A stretch of 64,000 nucleotides of DNA from Actinomycetota bacterium (GTDB lineage: Bacteria; Actinomycetota; Geothermincolia; Geothermincolales; RBG-13-55-18): NCBI GenBank assembly GCA_034188985.1, contig JAXHVT010000027.1:11343-75342 (forward strand). Direction: 5' to 3'. Positions 30,572 to 41,015 of this stretch are shown in pieces; position 1 is the first letter of the stretch; the number at the start of each line of letters is the position of its first letter. Both the position numbers and the translations under genes were made by a program. The notes beneath the pieces were generated by a model that did not search any database, was not told the origin of the DNA, and saw only the letters and a list, made by a program, of their open reading frames with translations.

Positions 30572-30606
30572 TGCGAGGTGGCGTGCTCGCCGCCGCAGCA
30601 ATCTCG
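30572..30606 (+). repeat. Second repeat family, diverged copy
   Basis: atgcgaggtggcgtgctcgccgccgcagcaatctc resembles 46545 and 50322. Confidence 0.55.
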
Positions 30607-30696
30607 AGGTACCAACTCCGCTAAAGGGAGCCTGTATTGGTATATCCCCTAACCACTCCCGGCCCCAGGCACATCTTTAGGCCTGACACCAAAGGG

Positions 30697-33600
30697 TCAG
30701 GTGGTGTCGAGGGGGAGGGTGAAGTGGAAGGTGGATCCGCCGCCGTCCCGGGGTTCGTACCATATCATGCCGCCGTGGGCCTCGACTATCCTCTTGCCGA
30801 TATACAGGCCCAGTCCTAGTCCGGGGCCGCCATGATGAAGCACGTCCTCCACCTGGAAGAAGCGCTCGAAGATGCGATCGCGGTCCTCATCCGGGATGCC
30901 GATGCCACGGTCCATAACCGAGAGGAGCAGTTCCCCGTCTTTTTTCCTCACCTGCAAGCTCACCTCGCTGCCCGCTGGAGAGTACTTCATCGCGTTGTCA
31001 AGTAGGATGATGAGCAGGCGCAGCAATCTCTCCGGATCGGCCCATACCCAGCCGACTCCCTCCGCGACATCGAGTCCGATATGGTTGTCTATCTCCTTGG
31101 CCGAGATCTCCTCCACGGCCCTGTTCAGCAAGGGCAGCAGTTCGATTTCCTCCCTGTTTACGGGGAAATGCTTTCTCTCGATGCGGGACACGTCCAGGAG
31201 TTCCTCCACGACGGTGACCAATCGGTCGGCCCCGACGTCGATGGCGTGCAGAGACTCCGCCCAGGTCTCGGGCGATATGGTCTCGCCCCTCTTCTCCAGG
31301 GTAGACGCGTAGCCCTTGAGCAGAGTGGCGGGATGGCGCAACTCGTGGGCGGCGATGTCCAGGAAGTCCCTGAGTTGCTCCGCCCTGTCCTCCAGCTCGT
31401 CTTCGTAGGCCTTCTTGTCGGAGATATCGATAATGGAGATCACGCTCATGTCCATCCCGGGTAGCATGTTCACGCTGATCAGGGTGTGTATTACCCTGCC
31501 GGTCTTATGCTTCGCCCTCACCTCGTAACGTACGGGTCCTTCCATCTCACCGTTCAGCAGCTTGAGGGAACTCTCCTTCACTTTCATGACATCCTCGGGA
31601 ATGAGAAACTCCATGTAACGCTTCTTTCCCAAAACCTCGTCACGGTCGTAGCCGAAGATCTCCTCCATCTCCTGGTTGGCGTCCAGCAATACCGCATCCC
31701 TTCCCACTAGGAACATGGCCGTGCCGGTGGATGCGAAGATGGTCCTATACTGCTCCTCGCTTCTCCTCAAGGCCTCGGCGGCCTCCTTGCCGCCGGTGAT
31801 ATCGATAATGGAGACCACGCTGCTCTCCATGCCCGGGAGCATGCTCACGTTGGTCAGCACCGACAGTATCCGCCCGTCCTTGCGCACCAAGCGGCATTCG
31901 TAGCTGACCGTGCTGTCCGTCTCCCCACGCAACAGCTCGATGGCATAACGCTTGACCATATCCACGTCGTTCTCATGGACGAAATTGTAGTATTTCTTGC
32001 CCTTAACCTCCTGGCGCGTGTAACCCACCAGCCTCTCGAACTCGCGGTTGGCCAAGGTAATCGTCCCGTCCCTGTCTATAAGACCCATGGAGGTGCCGGT
32101 GGACTCGAAGGTAGTGCGATACCTCTCCTCGCTCTTCAAGAGAGCTTCCTCGGCCCGCTTGCGATCCGTTATATCCCTCCAGCCGCTGATAATCCCGTGC
32201 ACCGCCGGATTATCGAGTAGGTTGCTTCCCACCGCTTCCACGAACCGCCAGGAGCCGTCCTTATGCTTAATACGGAATTCCATGTAAGGGCCGGCATAGG
32301 TCCCTTCCATATACTGGTTGAAAACCTCCTTGACCCTGGCGACATCATCGGGGTGTATCAGGGAGAAGAACAGGGTTATGTCGTTGCCAATATATACCTC
32401 CGGACTGTATCCGGTGATCCTCTCTATGGAGGGGCTCTGATACCTTATGGTACCGTCGGCGTTGATCACGGTAATGACGTCGGAGGAATTCTCTATGAGG
32501 GCCCGGAAGTATACCTCGCTCTCCCGCAGGGCCCTCTCCGCCCTCTTGCGCTCGGTGATATCAAGGATGGAGAGCACGGCACGGGGCGTGCCGGGCAGGA
32601 AATCCACGCTGGCCAGGGTATCCACTATCCCCCCGCCCTTCACGACCACCCTGACCTCGTAGGTCACCGGTCCCTTCCTGTCTCCACCCCAAAGCTCCCG
32701 GGCGTGTTGCTTGACCGTATCCAGATCCTCCGGGTAGACAATGTCCTCGTACCTGATATTCCCCTCTATCTCATCCTTGGTATAGCCAGTCATATACTCG
32801 AACTCGCGGTTTACACGCGTTATGGTGGAATCTCCCTCTATCACGCACATGGCGGTACCCGTGGACTCGAAGGTCACCCGTAGCTCCTCCTCGCTGGCCT
32901 TGAGGGCCTCTTCGCCCATCTTGCGGTCGGTTACATCTCGCACCACCGCCAGCACACGTTCATTTCCCGCGATAATGGCACGCTTGAGACTAACCTCTCC
33001 CCAGAAACGGCGGCCTCCCTTGTCCTTGAAACGCCATTCGACCAACTGAGGCTCTCCGGCCGAGGTCTTTCTTATCAACTCCAGTGCTTTCTCATTCGTG
33101 TATGGAGGCTCACCCGAGCTGAAATCGCCTACCTCGATATCGCGCAGTTCCTCGGCACAATATCCCAACATCTCGGTCGCCTTGATATTGACATCGACGA
33201 TATCACCCGTCTCGCCGTCGTGCACAAACATTGCGTCATTCGCAGCATTGAAGATCTCGCGGTATGTGGCCGCAGACTCCTTGAGGGCCTCCTCGGCCCG
33301 CTTGCGGTCCGTTATATCGCTGACCACGTCCATGATGGCCACTATCTCCCCTTCTTCGTTGCGCAGGGGCGTGCCTGTTATCTCGGCCTCCATAACCCGG
33401 CCGTCCTTGTGGGTGAGCCTCAACTCCTCGGTGTAAACGTCCTGGCCGCCGAACACTGCCGAAACTCCCTTCATAGCCTTTTCGTAATCGTCGTAGTGTA
33501 GTATGCCCAGCTCCAGCAGATTTCCTCCCACCAACTCGCCCTCCGTATAGCCGATCTTCTCGCAGACCATGGGATTCACACTGACTATGTTGAGTTCCCG

Positions 33601-36507
33601 ATCGTAGGAGAAGATGGCCAGCCCGGCGTGGTCGTGCAGAAGGCGGTACCTCTCCTCCGACTTGCGTAGGGCCGAGACCAGGCGGATGCGGGCCAGGGCC
33701 TGTCCAACCTGTCCAGCCATTATATCTAAGGCGTCCCTGGATACCTCGGGTATCTCCTCTAGGAAGTGGGAGCTCACCACCATGCTCCCGATTATCTCTT
33801 CATCGTGTTTCAAGGGCACTATGGCTATGGCCTTGATTCCCTCCCCGGTGCGATCCTCGATCTCGTCAAGCTCTAGGTCCCGGTAGTTGATATAAACGGC
33901 CTGGCCGTCCCGGATGAGCAAGACAGACCTGCTCTCGGAATCGAAGCTGCTTACCGCCTGCGCGAAGTCCTCGGATACGCCCCTGTGATAGACAAGCTCG
34001 AAGATACCGCTTTCCTCATCCACTAGGAAAACACCACCGTTATCGAAGCCTAGAGCCTCGAGAGTGGTATCCAGGCAAATCCTCGCGGCCTCCTCGGCGT
34101 TATAGACGGCGCTGATGCTCAAGGCAAGGTCTCGCTGGGCTCGCATCAGCCTCTCCGCCTGCTTGCGTTCAGTGACGTCGCTGGCAATGTTGGTGATGCC
34201 GATGACCTCGCCCTGCTCGTCGAACAGCGACGCAGCTATGACGTCGGCGATCATAACCGAACCGTCCCTGCGTATTAGCCTCAGCTCCTCCCTTGCGTAC
34301 CTGTCTCCGGCGAAGAGCCGCCTCATGTTCTCTAACACGGCTTCCATATCTCCGGAGTCTAGGATCCCCAGTTCGAGCACGCTCTTTCCCAGCAGTTCCT
34401 CCTCGCGGTAACCTATCTGCTCGCAGGCCCTTTGGTTGATGCTTATCATCCTGAGGTCACGGTCGTAGGTGAATATGGATTCACCGGCGTAGTCGTGCAG
34501 CAGGCGGTACCTCTCCTCCGACTCGCGCAGGGCCGCTACCAGGCGGATGCGGGCCAAGGCCTGGCCGATGGGACCGGCCATGACCTCGATCATCTCCCTG
34601 GAGGCCTCGGGCACCTCCGGCAGCGAAAGGGAGCCGAGCTGTATGGAGCCGATCACCTCTCCCTCGCTTACTATGGGCACCAGGGCTATGGCTCTGATGC
34701 CCTCTTTCTCCCGGACCCCCTCCTTGGGGACGGGATACCGTTCGTAGGTGGTAAAGAGGGTTTTCTTCTCTCTAAACAGGGCGGAACGGGGGGAATCGCC
34801 GGGGATATGCCGTACTAGATCGACGAATGACTGGGAAAGCCCACGATGGTGGATGAGATCGAAACCCCCGCTTCGCTCGTGCAATACGTAGATGCCGCCG
34901 CAGTCCATGCCGGAGGCCTCAAGTATGGTATCGAGGGCCACCTCCAGGGCTTGGCTCATATCGTCCGTAACGCTCAGCTCAATGGCCAGGTCCCGCTGGA
35001 CCCGAGCCAATCTCTCCGCCCGCTTGCGGTCGGTTATATCCGTGATCACGGCGAGGATGTATTTCTCTCCCGAGAACTCCAGCAGTACTCCGCTGACCTC
35101 GATGTCGAAGGGAGTACCGTCCTTTCTCATGTCCACGGATTCGGAGTGGAATGCCCCCGTCTCCTCCATATCCCGCAAGGCATACTCAAAGAGGTGGAGG
35201 TGCTCGGGGTGGACGATATCCGAGCCGGTGAGGCCCACGAATTCAGAGTGGGTATACCCATATGTCTCACAGGCCGATTGATTGGCCTCGACGACGAATC
35301 CCTCCCGGTTGAAGACGATGAAGGCATCGGTGGCGGCGTCGAAGATGCCCCGGTAGCGGGACTCGCTCTCCCGCAGTGCCAACTCCACCTGCTTACGTTC
35401 TGTTATATCGCTTATAGCGGCCAGCAGGCAGCTCTCGCCCTTGTAATCTAACATCGCCCCTCTTACCTCGACGTCGAAGGGGGTGCCGTCCTTTCTCATG
35501 TCCACGGATTCGGAGTGGAATATCTCCTCATCCCCCACGGTTTCCAGGAATTCCTGGAACAGGTGGTAATATTCCGGATGGACGATATCCCGACCGCTGA
35601 GGCCGATAAACTCCCCGTATGTGTACCCATAGGTGTCGCAGGCCTTGGGATTGGCCTCCAGTATAAACCCCTCCCTATCGAAGACGAGCAGCGCATCGGA
35701 GGCGTTGTCGAAGATACTGCGGTAGCGGGACTCGCTCTTCCGTAAGGCATCCTCCACCCGTTTGCGTTCGGTGATATCGCGAGAGTTCAAGACCATGCCT
35801 CGCACTGCCGGGTGATCCAGGAGGTTGTACGCGCTGGCCTCGTTTAAGCGCCAGTCGCCGTCCTTGCGCCGGATACGAAGCTCATGATACTTGGTTACCC
35901 CCGGCCTGCCCGCGGCGTAGGCGAGAGCGTCCCTGGAGGCCTGCATATCTTCGGGGTTGATATACTCGAAGATATTCCTGCCCGCTAACTCCCCCGGATC
36001 GTAGCCCAGAATCCGGCTCACGGAGGGGCCCACGTATCTTATGGTCCCGTCCTCCTCCAGGACGGTGATGAGGTCCAGGGCGTTCTCGACCAGCAGCCTG
36101 AAGTGCTCCTCGCTGCGGGCCAGTTCGCCCCTCGCCATCTCCCGCTCGCTTATGTCCACCCCGAAACCCACGGCCAGCTCCGGCCTTCCTTCGTCGTCTT
36201 CGATGATGACCGTGTTCCAGGATACGTCTATCTCTCCCCCGTCTCTCGTTCTCTGCGGGCATTCGAAGGAGGCGCCTTCTTTGCCAGCCCGGAATGCCTC
36301 GAAGCGCCGATGCATTACCTCCTTGAACCTGCTCGGCACGAAGAAATCCCATTTTTTCTTTCCTATTACATCCTCCTTGGGGTAACCCGTGAGCCTCTCC
36401 ATAACGGGGTTGAAAATGCTTACCAGGCCATCGACGCCTAAACCGATGATCATCAGCTCGGAGTTATTCAGAATAGCATCGAATACCTTTTTATCCCGAT
36501 CGTCCAT
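30697..36507 (-). CDS. Giant cytoplasmic sensor histidine kinase with about 11 PAS/PAC and 2 GAF domains
   Basis: Repeated DI(T/S)(E/D)RK junctions, two GAF segments, AAHELRHP H-box, NAMKYS, DRGIGI, GLGLGL. Confidence 0.93.
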   Translation of the reverse strand: MDDRDKKVFDAILNNSELMIIGLGVDGLVSIFNPVMERLTGYPKEDVIGKKKWDFFVPSRFKEVMHRRFEAFRAGKEGASFECPQRTRDGGEIDVSWNTVIIEDDEGRPELAVGFGVDISEREMARGELARSEEHFRLLVENALDLITVLEEDGTIRYVGPSVSRILGYDPGELAGRNIFEYINPEDMQASRDALAYAAGRPGVTKYHELRIRRKDGDWRLNEASAYNLLDHPAVRGMVLNSRDITERKRVEDALRKSESRYRSIFDNASDALLVFDREGFILEANPKACDTYGYTYGEFIGLSGRDIVHPEYYHLFQEFLETVGDEEIFHSESVDMRKDGTPFDVEVRGAMLDYKGESCLLAAISDITERKQVELALRESESRYRGIFDAATDAFIVFNREGFVVEANQSACETYGYTHSEFVGLTGSDIVHPEHLHLFEYALRDMEETGAFHSESVDMRKDGTPFDIEVSGVLLEFSGEKYILAVITDITDRKRAERLARVQRDLAIELSVTDDMSQALEVALDTILEASGMDCGGIYVLHERSGGFDLIHHRGLSQSFVDLVRHIPGDSPRSALFREKKTLFTTYERYPVPKEGVREKEGIRAIALVPIVSEGEVIGSIQLGSLSLPEVPEASREMIEVMAGPIGQALARIRLVAALRESEERYRLLHDYAGESIFTYDRDLRMISINQRACEQIGYREEELLGKSVLELGILDSGDMEAVLENMRRLFAGDRYAREELRLIRRDGSVMIADVIAASLFDEQGEVIGITNIASDVTERKQAERLMRAQRDLALSISAVYNAEEAARICLDTTLEALGFDNGGVFLVDEESGIFELVYHRGVSEDFAQAVSSFDSESRSVLLIRDGQAVYINYRDLELDEIEDRTGEGIKAIAIVPLKHDEEIIGSMVVSSHFLEEIPEVSRDALDIMAGQVGQALARIRLVSALRKSEERYRLLHDHAGLAIFSYDRELNIVSVNPMVCEKIGYTEGELVGGNLLELGILHYDDYEKAMKGVSAVFGGQDVYTEELRLTHKDGRVMEAEITGTPLRNEEGEIVAIMDVVSDITDRKRAEEALKESAATYREIFNAANDAMFVHDGETGDIVDVNIKATEMLGYCAEELRDIEVGDFSSGEPPYTNEKALELIRKTSAGEPQLVEWRFKDKGGRRFWGEVSLKRAIIAGNERVLAVVRDVTDRKMGEEALKASEEELRVTFESTGTAMCVIEGDSTITRVNREFEYMTGYTKDEIEGNIRYEDIVYPEDLDTVKQHARELWGGDRKGPVTYEVRVVVKGGGIVDTLASVDFLPGTPRAVLSILDITERKRAERALRESEVYFRALIENSSDVITVINADGTIRYQSPSIERITGYSPEVYIGNDITLFFSLIHPDDVARVKEVFNQYMEGTYAGPYMEFRIKHKDGSWRFVEAVGSNLLDNPAVHGIISGWRDITDRKRAEEALLKSEERYRTTFESTGTSMGLIDRDGTITLANREFERLVGYTRQEVKGKKYYNFVHENDVDMVKRYAIELLRGETDSTVSYECRLVRKDGRILSVLTNVSMLPGMESSVVSIIDITGGKEAAEALRRSEEQYRTIFASTGTAMFLVGRDAVLLDANQEMEEIFGYDRDEVLGKKRYMEFLIPEDVMKVKESSLKLLNGEMEGPVRYEVRAKHKTGRVIHTLISVNMLPGMDMSVISIIDISDKKAYEDELEDRAEQLRDFLDIAAHELRHPATLLKGYASTLEKRGETISPETWAESLHAIDVGADRLVTVVEELLDVSRIERKHFPVNREEIELLPLLNRAVEEISAKEIDNHIGLDVAEGVGWVWADPERLLRLLIILLDNAMKYSPAGSEVSLQVRKKDGELLLSVMDRGIGIPDEDRDRIFERFFQVEDVLHHGGPGLGLGLYIGKRIVEAHGGMIWYEPRDGGGSTFHFTLPLDTT

Positions 36508-37001
36508 GCTGGCATCCCCTGCGCCCTTCGAGCGGTTCGTTCCGCTCGACTACGGCTTTTCTTACATTTTAGATAATCGGCCTCACCGGTTAAAGGATAA
36601 AATATAAAAAGGGATCTACAAGCGGTCTATTACGGATTCGCTATCGTTCATCCTTATCGGACTCACAACCCGAACGAGGCCGTGATAAATCCTGATGCTT
36701 CTCTCAGTGATACGATCGCGGGAGGGCATGCACTATCCGGTTTTGCCGGAAATCGGAGGGTGACTCATGAACGGGTATGCCATCGTGTTCAGGCGCCAAC
36801 CGGATCATCAACCTCACGCGGCGAAGTCTCCGGATTGCTCCGACTTCCGGATCAGGTTAAAGCCGACTTTCCACTGACGTTTCGAGCTTCTATCGACTGC
36901 TGAGAGATTTTCCCGGTTTTCCCTATCCAAAAGGGGGAATATAATTTGGTAGCAGCGGTAGATGGTTAAGCGTAGGCCGAGTCTATTCAAGGAGGGGGAC
37001 C

Positions 37002-38825
37002 ATGAAAACGAGGACGCTCAGGCTGCTCTTGATCCTGACTTTGCTGGCCGCGATGGTACTTATCCTGCCGCTGGCGGCGGGATGCGGGGAATCCAAAACC
37101 GAGGAAACCGAGAAGGTAAGCGCGCCGGGTGAATACTCCGGCTATTCCGAGCCCTTATACACCGGGTACGAGACGGAATCTCATTACGTGGATTCCTTCG
37201 ACGGCACCAAGATAGCCGTGGACGCCTTCGTGCCCACCGGCGGTCCGGACAACCAGTTCCCCGCCATACTCATTATGACTCCCTATCACCGCGCCAGCGT
37301 CGACGGCGACGAGGTCATGGACTATATGTCCGATCCCGACTCCCCCTACCGCACCCTCTCGTCATACGGCTACGCCATCGTGGTGGCCGACGTGAGGGGA
37401 ACGGGCGCCTCCTACGGCACGCGCTACGCCCTTTTCTTCCCGGAGGAGGTAAAGGACGGCGACTCGGTGGTGAACTGGATCGCGGATCAGAGCTGGTCGG
37501 ACGGCAACGTGGGTATGATGGGCCAGTCCTACCTGGCCACCATGCAGTTCATGAACGCCGCCAACCAGAATCCACACCTCAAGTGCATCATCCCGCGCTA
37601 CTCTTTCCTGGACATATACGACTTCGTGTACCCCGGAGGGATCTTCAACTTCAAGTTCGTGGATCGCTACGACCTGGCCATGGAGCTGCTGAACACCAAC
37701 GTATCCATGCCCAGCTTCGACGTCTACCCCAGCAAGCCGGTGGACGAGGACACCAACGGCAGCATGCTGGCCGAGGCCACCCTGGAGCACGAGGGCAATC
37801 TGGTGATGAAGGACGAGGCCCTCAAGACCCCCTACCGCGACAGCACTATGGAACTGGAGGGACAGACCCTGACTTACGACATCATCAGCCCCTCCGGCCA
37901 CCTGCAGGAGATCGAGGACTCTGGCGTGGCCATCTACAACATGGGCGGTTGGATGGACTGCTACGTCACCGCCACCCTGTCCTTCCAAGACACCCTGAGC
38001 AATACCAGCAAGTGCCTGGTGGGCGATTACGATCATACCCAGGGTTTCGACGGTTACACCATGGAGTGCCTGCGCTTCTTCGACCACTACCTCAAGGGCA
38101 TCGATAACGGCATCGATGAGGAGGAACCCTTCTATATATATACGTCGGGGGCCGACGAGTGGAATTTCTACGACCAGTGGCCCCTGGACGACCAGGTAAT
38201 GACCCCTTACTACTTCGCGGCCGGCGGGGAGCTGAGCACCACCAAGCCGGCGGAGGGAACGGACGAATACACCGTGGACTACACCACCTCCAGCGGGGAA
38301 AACACGCGCTGGCTTGCTATGACGGGAGAGCCCAGCGAGTACATCGACCGCACGGAGATGGATGAGAAGTGCCTCAACTACACCACCGTGGCCCTGGACT
38401 CCGACGTCGAGGTGACCGGCCATCCCGAGGTGCATCTGTTCGTTTCCTCCACCGCGACCGATGGCGATTTCTTCGTCTACCTGGAGGATATCGACGATAG
38501 TGGTTTCGCCGCCTACAAGACGGAGGGCGAGCTCAGGGCGTCTCTGCGCAAGGTGGGAACGCGCCCCTGGCTGCCGGATATAGTCTACCAGCCCAGCGGG
38601 CAGGCCGATGTACAGGAACTGGTGCCGGGAGAGATGGTGGAGCTGGTCTTCGATATGTACGCCATCTCGCACCTGTTCAAGGAGGGGCATAAAATCCGCG
38701 TGTCCATAGCTTGCGCGGACGATACCAACTTCATCACGCCCGTGTTGGACCCGCCGCCCACCATCACCATGTACACCGGCGGCGACAGCGCCTCCTATAT
38801 TAACCTGCCGGTGATCGAGAAATAA
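37002..38825 (+). CDS. CocE/NonD (peptidase S15) family hydrolase, lipoprotein
   Basis: Lipobox AAGC, TPY, DVRGTGASYG, GQSY, GGWMD, PepX_C-like tail. Confidence 0.9.
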   Translation: MKTRTLRLLLILTLLAAMVLILPLAAGCGESKTEETEKVSAPGEYSGYSEPLYTGYETESHYVDSFDGTKIAVDAFVPTGGPDNQFPAILIMTPYHRASVDGDEVMDYMSDPDSPYRTLSSYGYAIVVADVRGTGASYGTRYALFFPEEVKDGDSVVNWIADQSWSDGNVGMMGQSYLATMQFMNAANQNPHLKCIIPRYSFLDIYDFVYPGGIFNFKFVDRYDLAMELLNTNVSMPSFDVYPSKPVDEDTNGSMLAEATLEHEGNLVMKDEALKTPYRDSTMELEGQTLTYDIISPSGHLQEIEDSGVAIYNMGGWMDCYVTATLSFQDTLSNTSKCLVGDYDHTQGFDGYTMECLRFFDHYLKGIDNGIDEEEPFYIYTSGADEWNFYDQWPLDDQVMTPYYFAAGGELSTTKPAEGTDEYTVDYTTSSGENTRWLAMTGEPSEYIDRTEMDEKCLNYTTVALDSDVEVTGHPEVHLFVSSTATDGDFFVYLEDIDDSGFAAYKTEGELRASLRKVGTRPWLPDIVYQPSGQADVQELVPGEMVELVFDMYAISHLFKEGHKIRVSIACADDTNFITPVLDPPPTITMYTGGDSASYINLPVIEK

Positions 38826-39082
38826 ATTGGGGTCGTATCTTTGATTTTCGGCCACAGCCGAACAGGCGCCGGGATCGGACCCGGAGAAGCGCCGGGGACA
38901 TAAAGATCCGTCCGGATTACCGGATCGTAGGGGCTCAACACCGCCGGTCCCGCCCGGGAACCGTCCCGATAGCCGGATCGTGTGATTTCGGTCGCCGGGA
39001 TCGTACCGGCTTTATGCGATAATGGTTGGCGTATCGAAACGGCTGGCCGCGGACGGTGGTGAAACCGGAAGGAGTTACTGAC

Positions 39083-39307
39083 ATGGATTCCCAGTTCCCC
39101 AATTTCGCCAAGAAAGCCCGGGAGATCCTGAACGGCACCTCCGGTCTGGAAGACATCGACGATTTCCGGGCCCTGCTGTGCTTCGACTGCCCCTTCTATC
39201 ACTTCGGCGAGGAGGAGAACGAGGAGTGCGGCAGCTTCCTCATCCTCAAGGCCCTGCTGGAGAAGAACGCCTTTGACCTGGAGAAAGCCCTTCGTGAACT
39301 GGAATGA
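39083..39307 (+). CDS. Small CxxC...C protein coupled to the rSAM gene
   Basis: AAGGAG RBS; CFDCPFY..ECG; overlaps the rSAM start. Confidence 0.75.
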   Translation: MDSQFPNFAKKAREILNGTSGLEDIDDFRALLCFDCPFYHFGEEENEECGSFLILKALLEKNAFDLEKALRELE

Positions 39308-40466
39308 AGGCTACCCGCGCCTGGCGGAAGGCATATATCTCAAGGTCCTGGAGAAACCCTGCGCCTACAACAAGCTAACCGACGACCTCTACGAACTTTC
39401 CATGGAGGCCCTGGATTTCCTGAGACGCTGCGACGGGACCAGGAGGGCCGTGGAACTGGCCCCGGAGGACGATTTCCTGTCCTTCTGCCTGGAGGAGGGA
39501 GTGCTGGAAATACCGCCCGAACCCCGGGGATGGGAGGTCTCCGTGCAGCGCAACGAGGAGCCCTCGCTGCGCTACCTGATGATGGAGGTAACCGAGAGGT
39601 GCAACCTGCGCTGCCGCCACTGCTACCTGGGTGACTGGGGCTCAGGGGACATGGCGTGGGAAAAAGCCTTGCGAGCTGTGGAAGACTTCGACGATATGGG
39701 AGGCCTGCGCCTGCTGGTCACCGGGGGGGAGCCGCTTCTCTACCCCCACTTCCGGGAGCTGAACAGAGGGCTGGAGGACCGTTCCTACCGCGCCGTCCTT
39801 ATCACCAACGGCACCCTGATGGATGACCTGGACCTCGAATCCCTAAATTTCCAGGAGATACAGCTCTCCATCGACGGCATGGAGGAGGGCCACGATTACC
39901 TGCGGGGACGGGGGACCTTCCGGCGGGTCATGATGGCGGCGGAGGCCGTCATGGAAGCCGGCATGGATTTATCCGTGGCCACGGTGATGTACTCGAAAAA
40001 CCTCGACCAGATGGAGGAAATGGCGGAGATGCTGCGGGGCATGGGGGTGTCGTCCTGGGCGCTGGAGTATCCCGTCCCCGCTGGGCGCATGGAGGAGAAC
40101 AGCGAACTCATGCCCCGTCTCGAGGACGTCCTCCCCTTTTTTGAGCTGGAATGGGGCCTGGGTCCCCACGAGGGAGCCGAGGGCTACGCCTGCGGGGCCC
40201 ACCTGGCCAACCTGGAACCCGGGGGCAGCCTGGTGAAATGTGGCTATTACCGGGAGATAAGCGGAGGGGATATCGACAAAGGTCTGCGGCAGGCCTGGAC
40301 GGACCTCCCCAGGATGAGGCCGGAGGGGACCTGTGCCGCCTGCGATATGTTGGAGGAATGTGGCGGGGGGTGCCGCTACCGCGCCGAGCTCATGACCGGT
40401 AAAGGCGGCCCCGACCCGCTGATGTGCGCCCGTTTCGACGTACCCTTGAACCCACCCCCGGATTGA
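39294..40466 (+). CDS. Radical SAM/SPASM protein with N-terminal RRE-like domain
   Basis: N-terminal AYN..TDDLYELS..ALDFLRRCDG; CNLRCRHC; CGAH..C, CAAC..CGGGCR..C. Confidence 0.9.
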   Translation: MNWNEGYPRLAEGIYLKVLEKPCAYNKLTDDLYELSMEALDFLRRCDGTRRAVELAPEDDFLSFCLEEGVLEIPPEPRGWEVSVQRNEEPSLRYLMMEVTERCNLRCRHCYLGDWGSGDMAWEKALRAVEDFDDMGGLRLLVTGGEPLLYPHFRELNRGLEDRSYRAVLITNGTLMDDLDLESLNFQEIQLSIDGMEEGHDYLRGRGTFRRVMMAAEAVMEAGMDLSVATVMYSKNLDQMEEMAEMLRGMGVSSWALEYPVPAGRMEENSELMPRLEDVLPFFELEWGLGPHEGAEGYACGAHLANLEPGGSLVKCGYYREISGGDIDKGLRQAWTDLPRMRPEGTCAACDMLEECGGGCRYRAELMTGKGGPDPLMCARFDVPLNPPPD

Positions 40467-40601
40467 CCGACTGCCGCGAGCCGCCCGGGCTCACACCACC
40501 TTCAGGCATAGCTCCCGGCCGGGATCCGGGCCGCAACCCACCGACAACGTGATGCAATTTCAGCCATTGATATCCGTCGTTTAAGAAGGGTGGAGGCTGT
40601 G

Positions 40602-40637
40602 TATAATAATGATAAGTAACCCACTACCAAGGAGGTG
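40602..40637 (+). promoter_or_regulatory. -10 box and strong RBS for the 21-aa ORF
   Basis: TATAAT at 40602; AAGGAGGTG at 40629. Confidence 0.7.
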
Positions 40638-40642
40638 GTGAG

Positions 40643-40708
40643 ATGAGGATCACGAAGATCCCGAGGAGGAAGGGCGGAACCTGCAAGTGCAATAAGAGCT
40701 GCGGCTAA
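40643..40708 (+). CDS. 21-aa Cys-rich peptide MRITKIPRRKGGTCKCNKSCG, candidate rSAM substrate
   Basis: Translated by hand; perfect RBS, upstream TATAAT, downstream terminators. Confidence 0.8.
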   Translation: MRITKIPRRKGGTCKCNKSCG

Positions 40709-40725
40709 GCACGCCCGAGAGTCGC

Positions 40726-40778
40726 AGGGGGCCACCCGGCCCCCTCTTTTTATGACCGGGCCCGGCCCGGTTTTTTTT
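40726..40778 (+). terminator. Tandem intrinsic terminators
   Basis: agggggcc-accc-ggccccct-cttttt, then accggg-cccgg-cccggt-ttttttt. Confidence 0.8.
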
Positions 40779-40916
40779 CATGGGTCAAGGCTGCTTGGAG
40801 AGCTCGGCCCGATACCCTGCCCGATGCCTTAAGCCCCGGGGTTAAAGCCGGGTTTGCCCCGCCCGGTACCAGGCCAAAGGCACGTTTCCGGGACTGATCC
40901 CGGATTCTTACTGGAC

Positions 40917-40953
40917 AAAATGTCCGATGTCGGTGCCTGACCCCATCTTCTGA
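40917..40953 (-). repeat. REP-like element
   Basis: aaaatgtccgatgtcggtgcctgaccccatcttctga. Confidence 0.9.
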
Positions 40954-40966
40954 CATTTTTAAAAAC

Positions 40967-40994
40967 AACATGGCAGCCTTATGGCTGCCATGTT
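40967..40994 (-). terminator. Terminator of the I42 inhibitor gene
   Basis: aacatggcagcc-ttat-ggctgccatgtt, with T-run on the minus strand. Confidence 0.75.
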
Positions 40995-41015
40995 GACTCC
41001 GCTTGTTCCCGACTT

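Noticed and set aside
36690-36910. Possible structured RNA bounded by ctctcag/ctgagag
   Set aside because: Only short complementarity and no recognisable family.
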